DNA of 64,000 nt from contig CAVTET010000001.1 in NCBI GenBank assembly GCA_963733675.1, positions 448,001 through 512,000 of the forward strand, in the 5' to 3' direction. This DNA comes from an uncultured Methanosarcinaceae archaeon (lineage in GTDB: Archaea > Halobacteriota > Methanosarcinia > Methanosarcinales > Methanosarcinaceae). Positions 1 through 12,251 of the stretch are shown piece by piece; position 1 is the first letter of the stretch; each line of letters begins with the position of its first letter. A model generated the notes under the pieces. It had not been told where the DNA came from. It saw nothing but the letters and a program-made list of their open reading frames with translations, and made no database searches. The translations under genes and the position numbers were made by a program.

Positions 1-621
1 ACAGAAAGTTTCGAAACTCGTCCTGAAAACAGGTATAAAATTGCTTAATTTGTATTCAGTTGAGACACAATATGTCTAAAGACAAATTTTCAACTGTTTA
101 TTTATAGTAAATCTTAATAGGACCAAACTTTATAAATATTGTGATAGATATATGAGTAAACAGTTTGATATCTATTTAAAAGATGACATCTTATAAAAGA
201 AAATTAAATTTATATTTGAGATACTTATACACTTTTTCCATAGTGATTGTGGGAGTCATTTTGCTGTGTTTTACGATATGCATTCCAACTTTTAATCTTA
301 GTTTAACATCCGAGGTTAATTACTGCAATGTATATCAAATGAAAATGTATTGATTAATCCACCTTTTGGAAAAGTGAAGAGCACACAAAATTGTAGTACA
401 TACAGTTTAAAATTTTGATTGTTTGTTGAAGAAAGCGCATAAAAACCATTCAGTCGTATGAAAATATATCGCCTTTTTAAATCCGGGGTTTAAGCTGGAG
501 ATTATATTTTCATTGCCAGTAGTAATCGGATTTAATATCCGATAGCTTTGTAAATTGGATTATAACATTCAATATCTTTAGATAATTTATGGTTGAGTTG
601 ATACTATGGAGGATTTATATA

Positions 622-1143
622 ATGCATAAAAATATGGTTAAGATGTTAGGTATTTTCACATTAGCTCTTTTTGTTCTGTCAATTACAGGAGCAGCAGCTT
701 TCAGTGACAGTACAAATTACAAAAAAACTCAGAAAATTTTTACAAATTCCAATGTAAGCCTGACAAAAAATACTGTTGTAGAAGTGACCCAGCTTGAGCA
801 GATAAACAAAGCCCTCAAAAAAGGCCCAGTTTTGTTGAAAGTCGGAGCTGAATGGTGCGAGTCTTGCCAGAAAATGAAGCCCATTCTTAACGAGCTGGCA
901 ACAGAATACGGAAGAAAAGCAACGATCATGGCTGCAGATGTAGACCAGAGCCCAAAACTTGCTGACTATTTCGGAGTAAAATCCATACCTGACTTCTCTG
1001 TGATCGTGGGTATTGAAAAAGGGAAATACATTTACATGCAACAGGACGGGACAGTCACCCAGAGCAGATCTCAAGCCAAAATCGTCGGACTGAATGATAA
1101 AAAAGTGTTTGAAAACGTTCTTGATGTTACTATTCCGGAATAA
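622..1143 (+). CDS. Thioredoxin-family protein with N-terminal signal peptide
   Basis: WCESC (WCxxC) motif and DVDQSPKLADYFGVKSIP thioredoxin signature. Hydrophobic leader MHKNMVKMLGIFTLALFVLSITGAAA. GGAGG upstream favours ATG 622 over 589. Confidence 0.85.
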   Translation: MHKNMVKMLGIFTLALFVLSITGAAAFSDSTNYKKTQKIFTNSNVSLTKNTVVEVTQLEQINKALKKGPVLLKVGAEWCESCQKMKPILNELATEYGRKATIMAADVDQSPKLADYFGVKSIPDFSVIVGIEKGKYIYMQQDGTVTQSRSQAKIVGLNDKKVFENVLDVTIPE

Positions 1144-1886
1144 AATATCGTTTCCCAATTTATTTAATACGAACCTAAATGCTAATAATTCCTTTAAACT
1201 CTATATGAGACCATTTTTTTTCGCCATTAATGGAGTTTTTTGGAATAATTATTTTGTTTCCAAATTCAATTTTTACTTTTAAAGAATCTTAATTTTTTGT
1301 GAAGTAATATGACTCTTGAAAGAAATAAAACGTCTTCTGAAAATCTAATGGTTTTACTGAAATTTATTATTTTCATATGAATCTTGTAAGACTCTGTAAG
1401 ACTTATCCTTTCGATATATAGTACCAATATAGTTAGGGTCATCAAAAATCGGTCGACTTTTTTAGGATTAATGAGCCTTGATTAAAATTATTCAAACGGT
1501 ATGACCTGGATAAATGAAACAACATGTAGTATTAAAATTGTAAACAGAAAAACATGTTGAACTTGAAAAAAGTAGTTTGTTTCAAATAAAATGAGTCTGA
1601 AGTTCTCCTATATTCTTAATGTTTGTGAGTTAGGTTAATAGTGCAAAAAATTGTAATGGAAAGTTGAGTGAGAAAATACATATTTTTTACTTCAAAACTT
1701 ATGTGTCAGTGAGAACAATAGAAACATAATATTTGTTAGTAAAACTATTGGCTCTGAATCCTATTTTTGTATTAATGAAAAGAATACAGAATCAATCAGA
1801 TTTTACAGAACATTCGATATACTGCAAATAAACTATAAAGTTGTTGAAGAATATCTAATTCAAGCAAGAAAATAGGTGTTGTAAGA

Positions 1887-2614
1887 ATGAATAAGTTTAT
1901 AGTTTTGACGATTGAGCAGATCTACAATGATAAGGTAAAGGCATATCATCCTGTCATTTTAAAAAATGATACAGAAATGATCTTAGTGGACTGCGGTATT
2001 CCTGGTTCAATGTCTAAAATCAAAGAAAATGCTCTGACCCAAGACGTGAATATAGACAATCTGACAAAAGTAGTTCTTACGCACCAAGATTTAGATCACG
2101 TCGGCTCACTAGCAGAATTGAAGCGTAAATATCCTGGTGTACAGATTCTTGCTGACATTAAAGAAAGACCGTACGTTAATGGCGAAAAAAATTTGTAAAA
2201 TTACAGAAACTATGTGAAACATATGATAATCTACCTGAATGCCAAAAGGAAATGATAACGGCTCTACAACAATCATATAGTAGCTACGAACCTGTTGATA
2301 TTAATGGAATTCTTCATGATCATGATATCTTTTCATGGTGTGGTGGCGTTGAAATTGTTTCAACTCCAGGGCATACCGAAGGTCATATCTGCTTATATTT
2401 GTATGAATTTAAAACCTTGATTGCCGGAGATGCTTTGTTTGTTCAAGATGGTGAACTTGTGATCTCGCTGCCAATGTACACTCTAGATTTTGAGCAAGCA
2501 AAACAATCTGTAAGAAAACTTCTTGATTATGATATCAATGAAATCATCTGTTATCATGATGGTAGATACAAAGGTGACATTAAAGCAGCTCTCAGCAAAA
2601 TATTGATGCACTGA
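1887..2614 (+). pseudogene. MBL-fold metallo-hydrolase, split by one frameshift
   Basis: ORF 1887-2198 has LVDCG and THQDLDHVG; ORF 2252-2614 has TPGHTEGH, AGD and CYH. A -1 shift in the A7 run at 2185-2191 joins them. Confidence 0.85.
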
Positions 2615-3159
2615 ATTATAGTCAACAGTAGTTACGATTTGTTGTAGTTCCGAATGACTACTCTTATTCTTTTACAGTTTTTTCACAATAGCTAACAAAA
2701 AAGTTTTTTATTTATTCAGAATTAGTATATTTTTGGGAATCTGCAGTGTGCTCAATTTTGGCAACGTGGGCAATGTGCCAATAGTTCTGTAAAATATAAT
2801 TGATTCTGTATCTTTTTCTACCCAATTAAAAACAGGAATTCTCAGTCTGTTAGCAGAACGAGTTAAAGAGTTCGGAAAAAATAATCTTTAAAGCTTTGGG
2901 TTGATTACCGCATTAACTATCTGAATAATAGTATATTGTTGTAAACTTCATGTTGATAGAAGTTATCTCCATGTGTAATTTAAAATAGTTGGCCGCCTAA
3001 TTCCCAGGGCAATAACGACATTCCTTAAGTTAATCAATGTTTTCCTACTTCTTTTTGAGTCTTCTGCAACACTGATTATTTTGTCCGTTGTTAAAATTAA
3101 TGAGAAGCCAATTTTCATAAGAAATTGTAAGTTGTCACAAGTTCACTTACATACTATGT

Positions 3160-3645
3160 TCAAATGCTACGAAGGAGCTTCTTGAAAACTTCAGTAGCAT
3201 TAGACATAGCTAAAAAGGTAGTATAGGATAGAAAATTAATCAAAAAATATATCACAAAATCAAATATGCTAATTCTCTGATGAGACAATCAAATAGGATA
3301 GGAAAATCTCAATGTTATGTGATGAATAAAGGCTATTGATACAGAAAAAATCCATTCCCTATTTAGAAAAAATAAGAGCAGACTCAACCATACCTGTAAA
3401 AAAGAGTACGAAAATTTGGGGAAAATACAGAAGATAGCTGCACTTAATTTTTGATTAAATTAAATACAATCGAAGAAATTTAGTGGGGACAACTTTCTCT
3501 GCTTCCAATTGGACGTTTGGAGAAGTACTTCGGGAAAAGGGTCCCATAATCACGTTAAATACGTGAAACTTAAACTGAGAGTCTACAAAGTAAATAAAAA
3601 GATAGTAGAAATAATTTGCACTAAATTAAGGATTTCCACAGAGCC
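3160..3645 (+). mobile_element. Degraded IS5-family transposase 3' part with terminal sequence
   Basis: Broken frames give KGY..EKIHSLF, IRADSTIPVKK and KIWGKYRR. It ends in gatttccacagagcc, a terminus repeated at ~21595. Confidence 0.6.
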
Positions 3646-3726
3646 TAAAATGTATATCAATTAGTTAATAAAAGTTATCCTGTGAGTTCCCATTCTGCAG
3701 CAAGCTGTGGGATATTCAACTGGAAT

Positions 3727-3880
3727 AATCCCTATATCATAGTTATACTGGATAACTCAAAAACACATCAGTCATACATTATGGTCAAAAAGGCGGAGCA
3801 ATTGGATATAATATTGGTATTCCTTCAATTCTATTCAACTAATCTAAACTCATGAAACTGTATTTATAAAATTATAATGA
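3727..3880 (+). mobile_element. IS630-family transposase remnant
   Basis: Translates to IIVILDNSKTH..KKAEQLDIILVFLQFYSTNLN, a degenerate DN..H and LPPYSPxLNPIE motif set. Confidence 0.6.
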
Positions 3881-4424
3881 ACAAAATTTCAACATAACTC
3901 ATTCAATTAGTTGTGTGATTCAGAGAGGTTTCAGAAGTAATATACGTTGTAGCTAAATCAAAATCATTTGCTAAGAATTCGATAAGATATTTAATGAACA
4001 AATAACTGGTTTAATTAATTGCTGACTTGACTGTAAACAACTTCATGTACATTCATGAATTTAAGGAACTTAGAGATGTATAATATATAATTTACAGGGT
4101 TTTTGGTTATTGCAGCCAATTGCTAGTAAAATGAATGATAAATTTTTGAGATTCCAATAGATATTGTAAGTCTAGAAACTTATCATTTGTAGGATAACTT
4201 CTAGCCATGACAATTTTACCATCAACAATACTTACTGGTAACACATAATATCATCTCAGTTCAGTGTTTCATTTCTAATTATATTATCTATAAAAGCCTG
4301 GTTGTTTATAGTTTACATCTTTGACTTTCATTACATCATAGGGGCAAATTCTATAACATTGGCTGCAGAATTTCAGTAGCATTCTTGAAAAATTTATTCC
4401 GAATTGAAAACAGGAAATATCTCC

Positions 4425-5306
4425 ATGAAGATGAACCCACGTTGTATCTATTGCCTACTTTCAAGAGTACACTTCCAGTCTAAGCTTTCGACAGACGATG
4501 AGGATCTCATAAACAAGACAATCCATGAATGTCTTGGAGTTATGAATAAATATTATGATCCTGAAGCAGTATCTGCATCCATAGCAACTAAAATCCATCG
4601 GAAATGCTATGAAGTTTTGGGAGACAAAGACCCTTATGCTGGGACAAAGAAACTTATCAACCGTTCTGCACTGAAGGTTCTGACCGAAGCAAAACAAAAA
4701 ATTTATGAGAATTCTCCTGAAGATAGGGAACTTTTTAGGCGGGCAGTGCTTTCATCCGTGATTGCAAATTATTTTGATTTCGGCATAATGGGCTTTAATG
4801 CCAGTGAAGTGGGATTTGAAACTGTGTTTCTGAAACTTTTCGAACACGGACTTGACGTGGATGATACTTCTAAAATATTCGGCCTCCTGAAGGATGTCGT
4901 TTACATTGCCGACAATTGTGGAGAGATTCTCTTCGATATGCTCGTTTTTGATGTTATAAAAAAACTCGGAGGGAAAATTAAACTTGTAGTTAGGGGAGGA
5001 CCAATTCTCACAGATGTAACCTTGGAAGAGGTAAAAGAGTTTGAAGTGGATAAAAAAGTTGACCAGGTCCTGACTACAGGTTCTAATGCTATAGGTGTCC
5101 TGATCGAAGAAGCTCCATCTGAACTTCTCAAAGCCATGAAAGATGCGACCCTTATCATCAGCAAGGGAATGGCTAACTATGAAACCCTTTCAGAACATAA
5201 CTTTGGGCCTACTGCTTACATGCTTCTCACAAAATGTGAATGCGTTGCTGAGGATCTTGGGCTCGAACAGGGTCTAGTTGTAGCAAAACTAATTAATTAT
5301 CCTTGA
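4425..5306 (+). CDS. ARMT1/DUF89-family damage-control phosphatase
   Basis: CxxC N-terminus, DPY, ANYFD, ADNCGE, ISKGMANYE and LTKC motifs. Confidence 0.88.
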   Translation: MKMNPRCIYCLLSRVHFQSKLSTDDEDLINKTIHECLGVMNKYYDPEAVSASIATKIHRKCYEVLGDKDPYAGTKKLINRSALKVLTEAKQKIYENSPEDRELFRRAVLSSVIANYFDFGIMGFNASEVGFETVFLKLFEHGLDVDDTSKIFGLLKDVVYIADNCGEILFDMLVFDVIKKLGGKIKLVVRGGPILTDVTLEEVKEFEVDKKVDQVLTTGSNAIGVLIEEAPSELLKAMKDATLIISKGMANYETLSEHNFGPTAYMLLTKCECVAEDLGLEQGLVVAKLINYP

Positions 5307-5399
5307 AATGTTAATTATTATCTATTTTTTTCGGCATTTTTCTATTCTCTGTGAGACAAAGGCAGACTTGCCCCAATACATAAAAATGCAGCATTCATT

Positions 5400-5723
5400 A
5401 CACTGAAAACTTAATCATGAAGACGTCATCAATTAATGGTGGGAGACTTCCTTTCTGATAAAGTGCTATAAGTGTGAACAACATATTGAAAAAAAGTGTT
5501 TTCTTAGAACTATTTGATATATTTTGATGGTCTCGTCGGAAATGTGACAGCTGAGACAATGAAACATTACTTTAAGGAATTTCAGAAAAAGCTGCAATCA
5601 GAGTTTAACTTTTAGCTAGATTAAAGCAAGATGGTCAAAACAGGAATATAGCATTTCTGAGTTTTGACAAACCGAGTAGGTGGGCCTAATCTACTCCATC
5701 ACTTAGGTTGGTGGTAGCTTCAA
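5400..5723 (+). mobile_element. Possible IS200/IS605 remnant (TnpA C-terminal fragment plus end hairpin)
   Basis: VGNVTAETMKHYF resembles the TnpA C-terminus. The region ends in ccatcacttaggttggtggtagcttcaa, which resembles an IS605 right end. Confidence 0.4.
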
Positions 5724-5747
5724 GCATTTTAATTTTGAATTAAAGAG

Positions 5748-5826
5748 GATTTCATAAACCTCTTATTTTCAAGAGTCAGTTGATATATGGTTAAAAGTGT
5801 ATAAAGGAATTAGATTTATCAAAATC
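5748..5826. repeat. Dispersed ~80-bp inverted-repeat element, subtype A
   Basis: ttcataaacctcttattttcaagagtca...gatttatcaaaatc aligns by eye with the copies at 19731 and 41116. Confidence 0.55.
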
Positions 5827-5988
5827 TTCTAAAACACTCAAAAAATATTTATACTCATACGATATTTAATTAACAAGTGAGTTTTTTATTCAGTTGAGAA
5901 TTATTGAATTTTCACTATCAGTATAACTCTTACGATTTATGAATCTAATATCCATCAATGAGTTCACTTGATAGCACTGGAGGGTCTT

Positions 5989-6885
5989 ATGAACAGCAGT
6001 TTTTCGATTACAGTAGATCTTGAGGACTGGTATCATATTCCTTCAGTTTGTGGATCTCCTTTTGCTGTTTATAGAAGTGTAGATGAATTTTTTGAAAAAT
6101 GGAATGGTAAGTATGACTTCCTGACTGAACCAACAAAAAAGGTATTGGATCTTCTCGATGAATTTAAAGTGACTGCCACATTCTTTGCAGTTGCGGACAT
6201 TGTAGAGAACTATCCGGGACTAATCGAGTCAGTCGTAGAAAGGGGGCATGAGCTCGCATGCCATGGACTGCACCACACCTGTAAAATCGACCCTGAAACA
6301 AAAAAACAGTTAATAAGTAACGAGGAATTTGAGCAAAGGACATTGCTTGCGAAAAGAATTTTGGAAAAAGTTGGTGGGGATAAGATAGTAGGTTATCGAG
6401 CACCCAATTCTCTAGTCGGTGGTTGGATGCTGGATTCCTTGGAAAGGATTGGATTCAAATATGACTCCTCTGTATCCGTAAATTCTCTCTATAATAAAAC
6501 AGATTCTTCTCTTAGCACAGTTTCAACAACTCCATATTTCCCTGTAGAAAGTGGACTTGAAGTAGGAGATAATAGAAACTTGGTTGAGTTTCCCTGGGCC
6601 TATTATCATAATTTATTGAAAATTCCAGCATCTGGAGGGCCAATACTTCGCTTTTTTGGGGCTCCACTTGTACTAAATGGGCTTCTCCAAAGTCTCCGAA
6701 GAGGGCATACGGTATTTTATTTTCATCCATTAGATATTTCTTGTGCTAAATTTCCCTCAATAGGGAACAATAGACCCTTTTATTGGAGTTTAAAAGGGAA
6801 ACTTGTTGAACAGAGAATCCGTTATATTCTGAAGAAGTTGGAGGACATTGATAAAATATGCTTGCGAGATTACCAAGGCTTATAA
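5989..6885 (+). CDS. Polysaccharide deacetylase family protein
   Basis: TVDLEDW, ATFF, HELACHGLHH, GYRAP, YDSS and YFHP motifs. RBS ggaggg precedes ATG 5989. Confidence 0.88.
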   Translation: MNSSFSITVDLEDWYHIPSVCGSPFAVYRSVDEFFEKWNGKYDFLTEPTKKVLDLLDEFKVTATFFAVADIVENYPGLIESVVERGHELACHGLHHTCKIDPETKKQLISNEEFEQRTLLAKRILEKVGGDKIVGYRAPNSLVGGWMLDSLERIGFKYDSSVSVNSLYNKTDSSLSTVSTTPYFPVESGLEVGDNRNLVEFPWAYYHNLLKIPASGGPILRFFGAPLVLNGLLQSLRRGHTVFYFHPLDISCAKFPSIGNNRPFYWSLKGKLVEQRIRYILKKLEDIDKICLRDYQGL

Positions 6886-8358
6886 ATTCATATATTAAAC
6901 AAGTTTTTTGTTTTATCATAGGACAAGCCTCAAAATTAGAAACTTGCAGAAGGCATTGAACTAAAACTTGCAATCATTCACTAAATCGAATCGATGGTTT
7001 CAAAAGTGTATATTATTCTTTTGTATAATTAAACTGTGATGCATGTGACAACTACCTTTTATCGAGAGATGCAATAATATAAATGCTCAAAAATTTTATT
7101 CAACATTTTTACCTGGAATTAAACACAAATCACAAAATTTCAGTATTTGTATTTTGGATTGAATATACCGATAAAATTTAATATCGAATAATCATAGAAC
7201 ATCGAAAAATAGTTTAGAAGTTATCTTTGATCTAATAGAAATTCCAATATTTTTAACAGCTATTCAGCCTACTAAAAATTTGTTGATTTAGATCTATTTT
7301 GATGCAATATATGCTTCAAATTAATAACTGATAAAAAATAATAACATCAACAATAGCCAACAATGAAATAAGATCAGCACACTATAATTTGCCAATTGAA
7401 TTCCAGGAAACATGGCTATTGAGATTCTATTGTCTAGACTGAACAGTTATTATTTATTACAATTGCTGTCCGAACACACTATATATATATTTAACGTCAT
7501 TTTAAGTAACTAGTCTTGTCAAATTAAATTCGATTTGAATATGTTATGACACGTTTTCACTTAAATGCAAACTATTTTAATAGATTCCATTTTCATCCTT
7601 TTTTTCTATTGAATTTACGTATTTGAATCTTCACAAAGTTAAGATCATTTGAAATGTAATCACTTATGGCCTCATTTTGACAGTTTGAACTTCATGTTGA
7701 AAGGGGATTTTCGAGCGTGTGCTGTTTTTTCTGAAAAATTATGAATCCCAAAAAGTTATGAGAAAACGAATCACATATATGAAGGATTCAATTATACACA
7801 CTATCCAAAAATTAACATTAAAATACACAACAAATTCGCGACACTTTAAGATATAATATTTAAGCTGGATGGAATAAATTATATTGTGACAACAAATTTG
7901 GATTGAATTTTTAGGATTCTCTTCGACAGATAATTCTCCAGCTAGTGATAACTATTTACCAAATTTTGATCGAATTTTTGAGATTGAATTTGGCAGATAT
8001 TATAAATAATAAAGAATATATTTTAATACTGCGAAAAAAATGGATCGCAAAAATACTAAAATTGAACGAAATCTTTATGCATAAAAATCTTCTTTTGGCT
8101 TATGGGTTGAAAACTGATAGATTCCATATAAATTTGATAAAATTTTTGGAAGCTTTAAACTGATTTTTGGCGAAAAGATGAAAATTAATCCCAAGGCGAA
8201 TGAGAGCCATAATCCAGTTTTCAAAATATTTGCTCCCAGCCATTTTTTTTATTTTTATCAGAAAAGAGCTTGTCATTCCATACTTTGGAAACATTAATTT
8301 TTCTGATAGATTTAAGTGCTAAGGAAAAGGTTTTTACCGAGAATTATTGTCTCAAAGA

Positions 8359-8988
8359 TCAAACATACTTGAAAAGATCATCCCTTTTCATTTCGTGTAG
8401 CCTGTCTCGAAGGATGACCTTTAAGGTCTTGATATATCCTTTTTTGGCGCTTACTGGGGCAATCAAGTGCTTCCATTTCTGCCAGGGGGGAACGAGTCCA
8501 AGGAGAGCTGCAATCTCGTCAAGAAGGGGATCATACTCATTTTCTTTGACCTTGTCCATCTTATTTGCAGCGATAAGAGTATCTATCCCAACTTCTCTGA
8601 GGAAATCAAACATCTCAACATCGATAGGAATCTGTTTTCTGGAGTCCCAACGGTAGACTATTTCTGGAAATGAAGGGCCGTCTATTACCAGAATTCCAAA
8701 TTTGATCCTTCTGGCATTATCCTCTATATAGTGTACGATTTTATCCTTCACTATATCCTGCTTTCTATCCTTTACTCCACTCATAAAGCCGAAGCCAGGC
8801 ATGTCGGTAATAAACAGATCTGATACCTGATAATGCGTTGGACGCAGAGTAACGCCTGGGCGTTTACCTACCTTCACTTTTACTCCAAAAAGTTCCCTGA
8901 TCAGGGAGGACTTCCCAACATTTGAACGTCCTACAAATATTGTCTCAAAATTCGCGTTGCCTTCAGCTTCAGTATTGCTAGTTCCCAT
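8359..8988 (-). CDS. engB: GTP-binding protein EngB
   Basis: GRSNVGKSS, DMPGFG, NKMD and SAK GTPase motifs. Confidence 0.92.
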   Translation of the reverse strand: MGTSNTEAEGNANFETIFVGRSNVGKSSLIRELFGVKVKVGKRPGVTLRPTHYQVSDLFITDMPGFGFMSGVKDRKQDIVKDKIVHYIEDNARRIKFGILVIDGPSFPEIVYRWDSRKQIPIDVEMFDFLREVGIDTLIAANKMDKVKENEYDPLLDEIAALLGLVPPWQKWKHLIAPVSAKKGYIKTLKVILRDRLHEMKRDDLFKYV

Positions 8989-10009
8989 TTTTTTTCACCT
9001 CATTTGCTTCCCAAGGTGTATATCGAAAGCCCAGAGGAATGCCTCAAGATTAGTCAGGGATACGCATCCCTGTTGAAAATGGATTCATTCCGTCAATTTT
9101 TTCGAATTAAGAGCCAAACGAGCGGAGAATAAAGTTTATGTCTATTTTTTCCTCGGGAAAAGTATTAAATTTTAGGTAACTCTTCTCTCACGAAACTCAA
9201 ATTCAATTTTCACTTACTTCTGACCGTAAGAAAGCATAAACCTGCTTCCTACTAGCATTTTCATCAATTTCTTAAAACATAGAGACTTAAGATTCACAAA
9301 ATTTTCTTTTAGGGTTCTGTGCAACCTTCGTAGTTTAAAGTATTTTTCGCCTAACGTTGAATCCATAAAATTGAATCTCTTAATCAGAAATCATGTCAAA
9401 TCAATATTTTTGTATACCAACCCAAAGCATTAATTTATTATTTCCCTGGAACATCTTCAATTTTGTCTACATATTTTATCGTAAAATATAATTTAAACCT
9501 GTATATATTACCTAACCCTGCTAGTTGCAGTTAACTTAGAAATCAAAGATTTAAAAATCCTTATTTTCGGCTTATTGTCTAAATTTGGTATGATTCTGAC
9601 GGGCTTTATCAGTTTGAATTTTTAAAATTCTCTCCATCAGGTAAATTCAACTCCGATATATAGTCTCCTACACTCAACATGTAAGATATTTCCTGTTCCT
9701 GAAATGTCAAAAATTTACAATCCTGATTAGACAGGGGACATCAGTGAACTTTGATTTTTTTCCTAGTTTATCCATTAAGACGAAATATATTGAAAAAATA
9801 TATACTATAAATTATATATATATAGTGAACACCGCGATATTCGATCTGTACAATTATATTACTCAATTTAAACAAAGTCAGGATCCACATAAAGGAAATA
9901 TCCAGGGGAAAAATCTTCTAGCTGTTACAGGTTATCAGGTAATTAAGTACGGGTAACCGAAGTGGAGAGCTTAAGACAAGGTAAGTATTTACAAAAGGAG
10001 GGGAAGAAG

Positions 10010-10180
10010 ATGAAAATGATCACGGATATCCCGCCGGAGATCTAGTCGCCGATCAAGGTGGAGAGTCGCATCGGCACGCTCAAGTTCTTCCTGGATTCTC
10101 GGACAAGAGCACCGCCGAGAAACTCTTCGATAACCATGATTTCCAACGCGCTGTGAAGGCCTATCTGCAGGCATTGCCTC
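10010..10180 (+). pseudogene. N-terminal remnant of a DUF1254-like protein
   Basis: MKMITDIPPEI*SPIKVESRIGTLKFF, then frameshifted GFSDKSTAEKLFDNHDFQRAVKAYLQALP. Has RBS ggagggg and locally higher GC. Confidence 0.6.
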
Positions 10181-10407
10181 AAAATGGTACCAAAAACAAA
10201 CTCATTCTACAAAGAAGCGATGATTAAGAGAGTTAAACAAGAAAAAGAGAAACTAGAGTCCACTTCATCTCACCTGAAGAACTGAGTATCTGTGAACCTC
10301 CGTATTCACGAAGTAATAAGTAAATAATTCAAGGACAAAATCGAAAAAAGAATTTGCTACTATTCAATCCATTTTATCCTTTTTTACTGCTTTTCTTTAA
10401 TGATTAT

Positions 10408-12027
10408 TTACACAAATTCCGCTTTCACGGATGTAAAAATTGGGCCTCTAATATCTATTTTTTTCTTTTTGCCAGTGATATAGCGTTGGGCAATAGGACC
10501 TATTTTCAGGTTGATTTCCGAGGGAACTTTGACAATTCTTACCCTCACAATATGTTCATTTGCTCCGAAAATTGCGGCTTCTTCAATTTCCCTGGCAGCC
10601 TGGGCGGCAAAAGCTTCAATGAAACTAACGCCTGCTTTTGCAGAGTGATTTTCAAAGGCTTTGTGCCATTTTTTGATGTTAGGAATTCCCAGGATATCTC
10701 CCTGATAAGCTACAACTTCGTTGAAAACTGCAGGGCCGCAGAGTTTCGTGTTTATTTCAGGCTCTATTACAGAAATTTTTACATTTCTGCCGCATACTTC
10801 TCCTTCCCAAACAGGAAACTCACAGGGGCTTTGCTCTTCCGAATGCAATTTACACTGTGAAACGATTGCATCTGCAATCGCACGCCCTTCAGGAGTTTCA
10901 GGCACTTTGTCTACAAAGATCTGTTTTGCAAGCTCATTATCCGACATATCCCACTCACTGTATTGAGGTATCTGCGGATAAGTCAGAGAGCGTACATCTG
11001 GGGAATCGTGGAGGATCATTGCCAATCTTTCCACTCCGAGACCAAGGTTCATGACAGGATACGGGATGTCATATTCTGCAAGAGCTGTTGGGGAATAAAT
11101 CCCAAAAGTTGCAACTTCGATCCAGCCATCAGAATACTTTGAGTTAGAGCCTACAAGTTTTGGATGAAAGGCAAATACTTCGGTCTGGGTGTCAGGAACA
11201 TAGTATTTGCTGCGCTTCTCATCAGGCCTGAAAAGGAATTTTTCAAAGCCAAAATGGGTAAGAAGCCCTTCTGCAACGGCCTTTCCATGATCGACGATCA
11301 CATCTTCATCCATGATCACGCAGGAGGCTGAATAATAGGTCATTAGCCTTGAGGCATCTTCCTGTTGTTCTCTCCTGAAACAACGATCTATAGAAAATAA
11401 ATTGAATGGAGGTTCTTTCCTTTCAAGAAGTGCACCAAGGGAAATGAACCATCCACTTGTCATATGGCTGCGGAGTGTCTTTGTGCTTGCCTGGGGCACA
11501 AGCTCTTTAAATTCCGGAAAAACGTTGTCAATCATATTGGCAACAATCGAGTCTGAAACTTTAAGAGCCACAGAAATCTCGGGAACAAGATCATCTCCAT
11601 CGACCTTCCCTTTTTTGTATGCATGGAAAATTTGCCTGATTTTATCGATTCCATTGTCACCAATGTTCCCGAGGATACCAGTTACTTGTTCAATGCGCTC
11701 GTCGGAAATCCCAACGTTAGGACGAGGAAGGCCTGCTAGATAAAAACAGCGGTCTAGGACTGCTAGGGCTTCGTTTCCGAACTGTTTATGAACTTCTTTA
11801 TCATCCACTATCAAAGGGTTCATCATTTCTTCAAAGCCCATTCTGAGATAAGCCTCTCTAAGTTTCTGAATGGTGGCATAAACAGGGTGTTCCTTTCCGA
11901 ATTTAAAAGCGATTCTAGGATAGCGCTCGTTCAGGGTAGGCGTCCTGATAAGTTTTTTACCCTGGTTCCAGGTAAAATCGAAGTTCTCTTTTGCATTTTT
12001 TCTTATTTTTTCTGGATCAAACCTCAT
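10408..12027 (-). CDS. sepS: O-phosphoserine--tRNA(Cys) ligase (SepRS)
   Basis: MRFDPEKI start, LRSHMTSGWF, DRCFRREQ, GWIEVATFG and NLGLGVERLAM. Confidence 0.95.
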   Translation of the reverse strand: MRFDPEKIRKNAKENFDFTWNQGKKLIRTPTLNERYPRIAFKFGKEHPVYATIQKLREAYLRMGFEEMMNPLIVDDKEVHKQFGNEALAVLDRCFYLAGLPRPNVGISDERIEQVTGILGNIGDNGIDKIRQIFHAYKKGKVDGDDLVPEISVALKVSDSIVANMIDNVFPEFKELVPQASTKTLRSHMTSGWFISLGALLERKEPPFNLFSIDRCFRREQQEDASRLMTYYSASCVIMDEDVIVDHGKAVAEGLLTHFGFEKFLFRPDEKRSKYYVPDTQTEVFAFHPKLVGSNSKYSDGWIEVATFGIYSPTALAEYDIPYPVMNLGLGVERLAMILHDSPDVRSLTYPQIPQYSEWDMSDNELAKQIFVDKVPETPEGRAIADAIVSQCKLHSEEQSPCEFPVWEGEVCGRNVKISVIEPEINTKLCGPAVFNEVVAYQGDILGIPNIKKWHKAFENHSAKAGVSFIEAFAAQAAREIEEAAIFGANEHIVRVRIVKVPSEINLKIGPIAQRYITGKKKKIDIRGPIFTSVKAEFV

Positions 12028-12251
12028 GCATATCCTCTTTAGCAAATTATTGAATTATAAATCTACAGTTTGAGATTCGGATTTATAAGTCTTAGAAAAT
12101 TCATATATTTTTAACACTTTAGATATTAAACAGTTTAACAACTACTAAACTTATCATATTAGTAATTTGCAGATAGCAGGTTGTATTTCAAATGCACAAC
12201 TTTAATATTTGTAGCTCAGAGTTACTGATTTGCTTAGTTTTGAAACACAGT

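Noticed and set aside
9989-10174. 61-aa minus-strand ORF
   Set aside because: Antisense shadow of the DUF1254-like stub.
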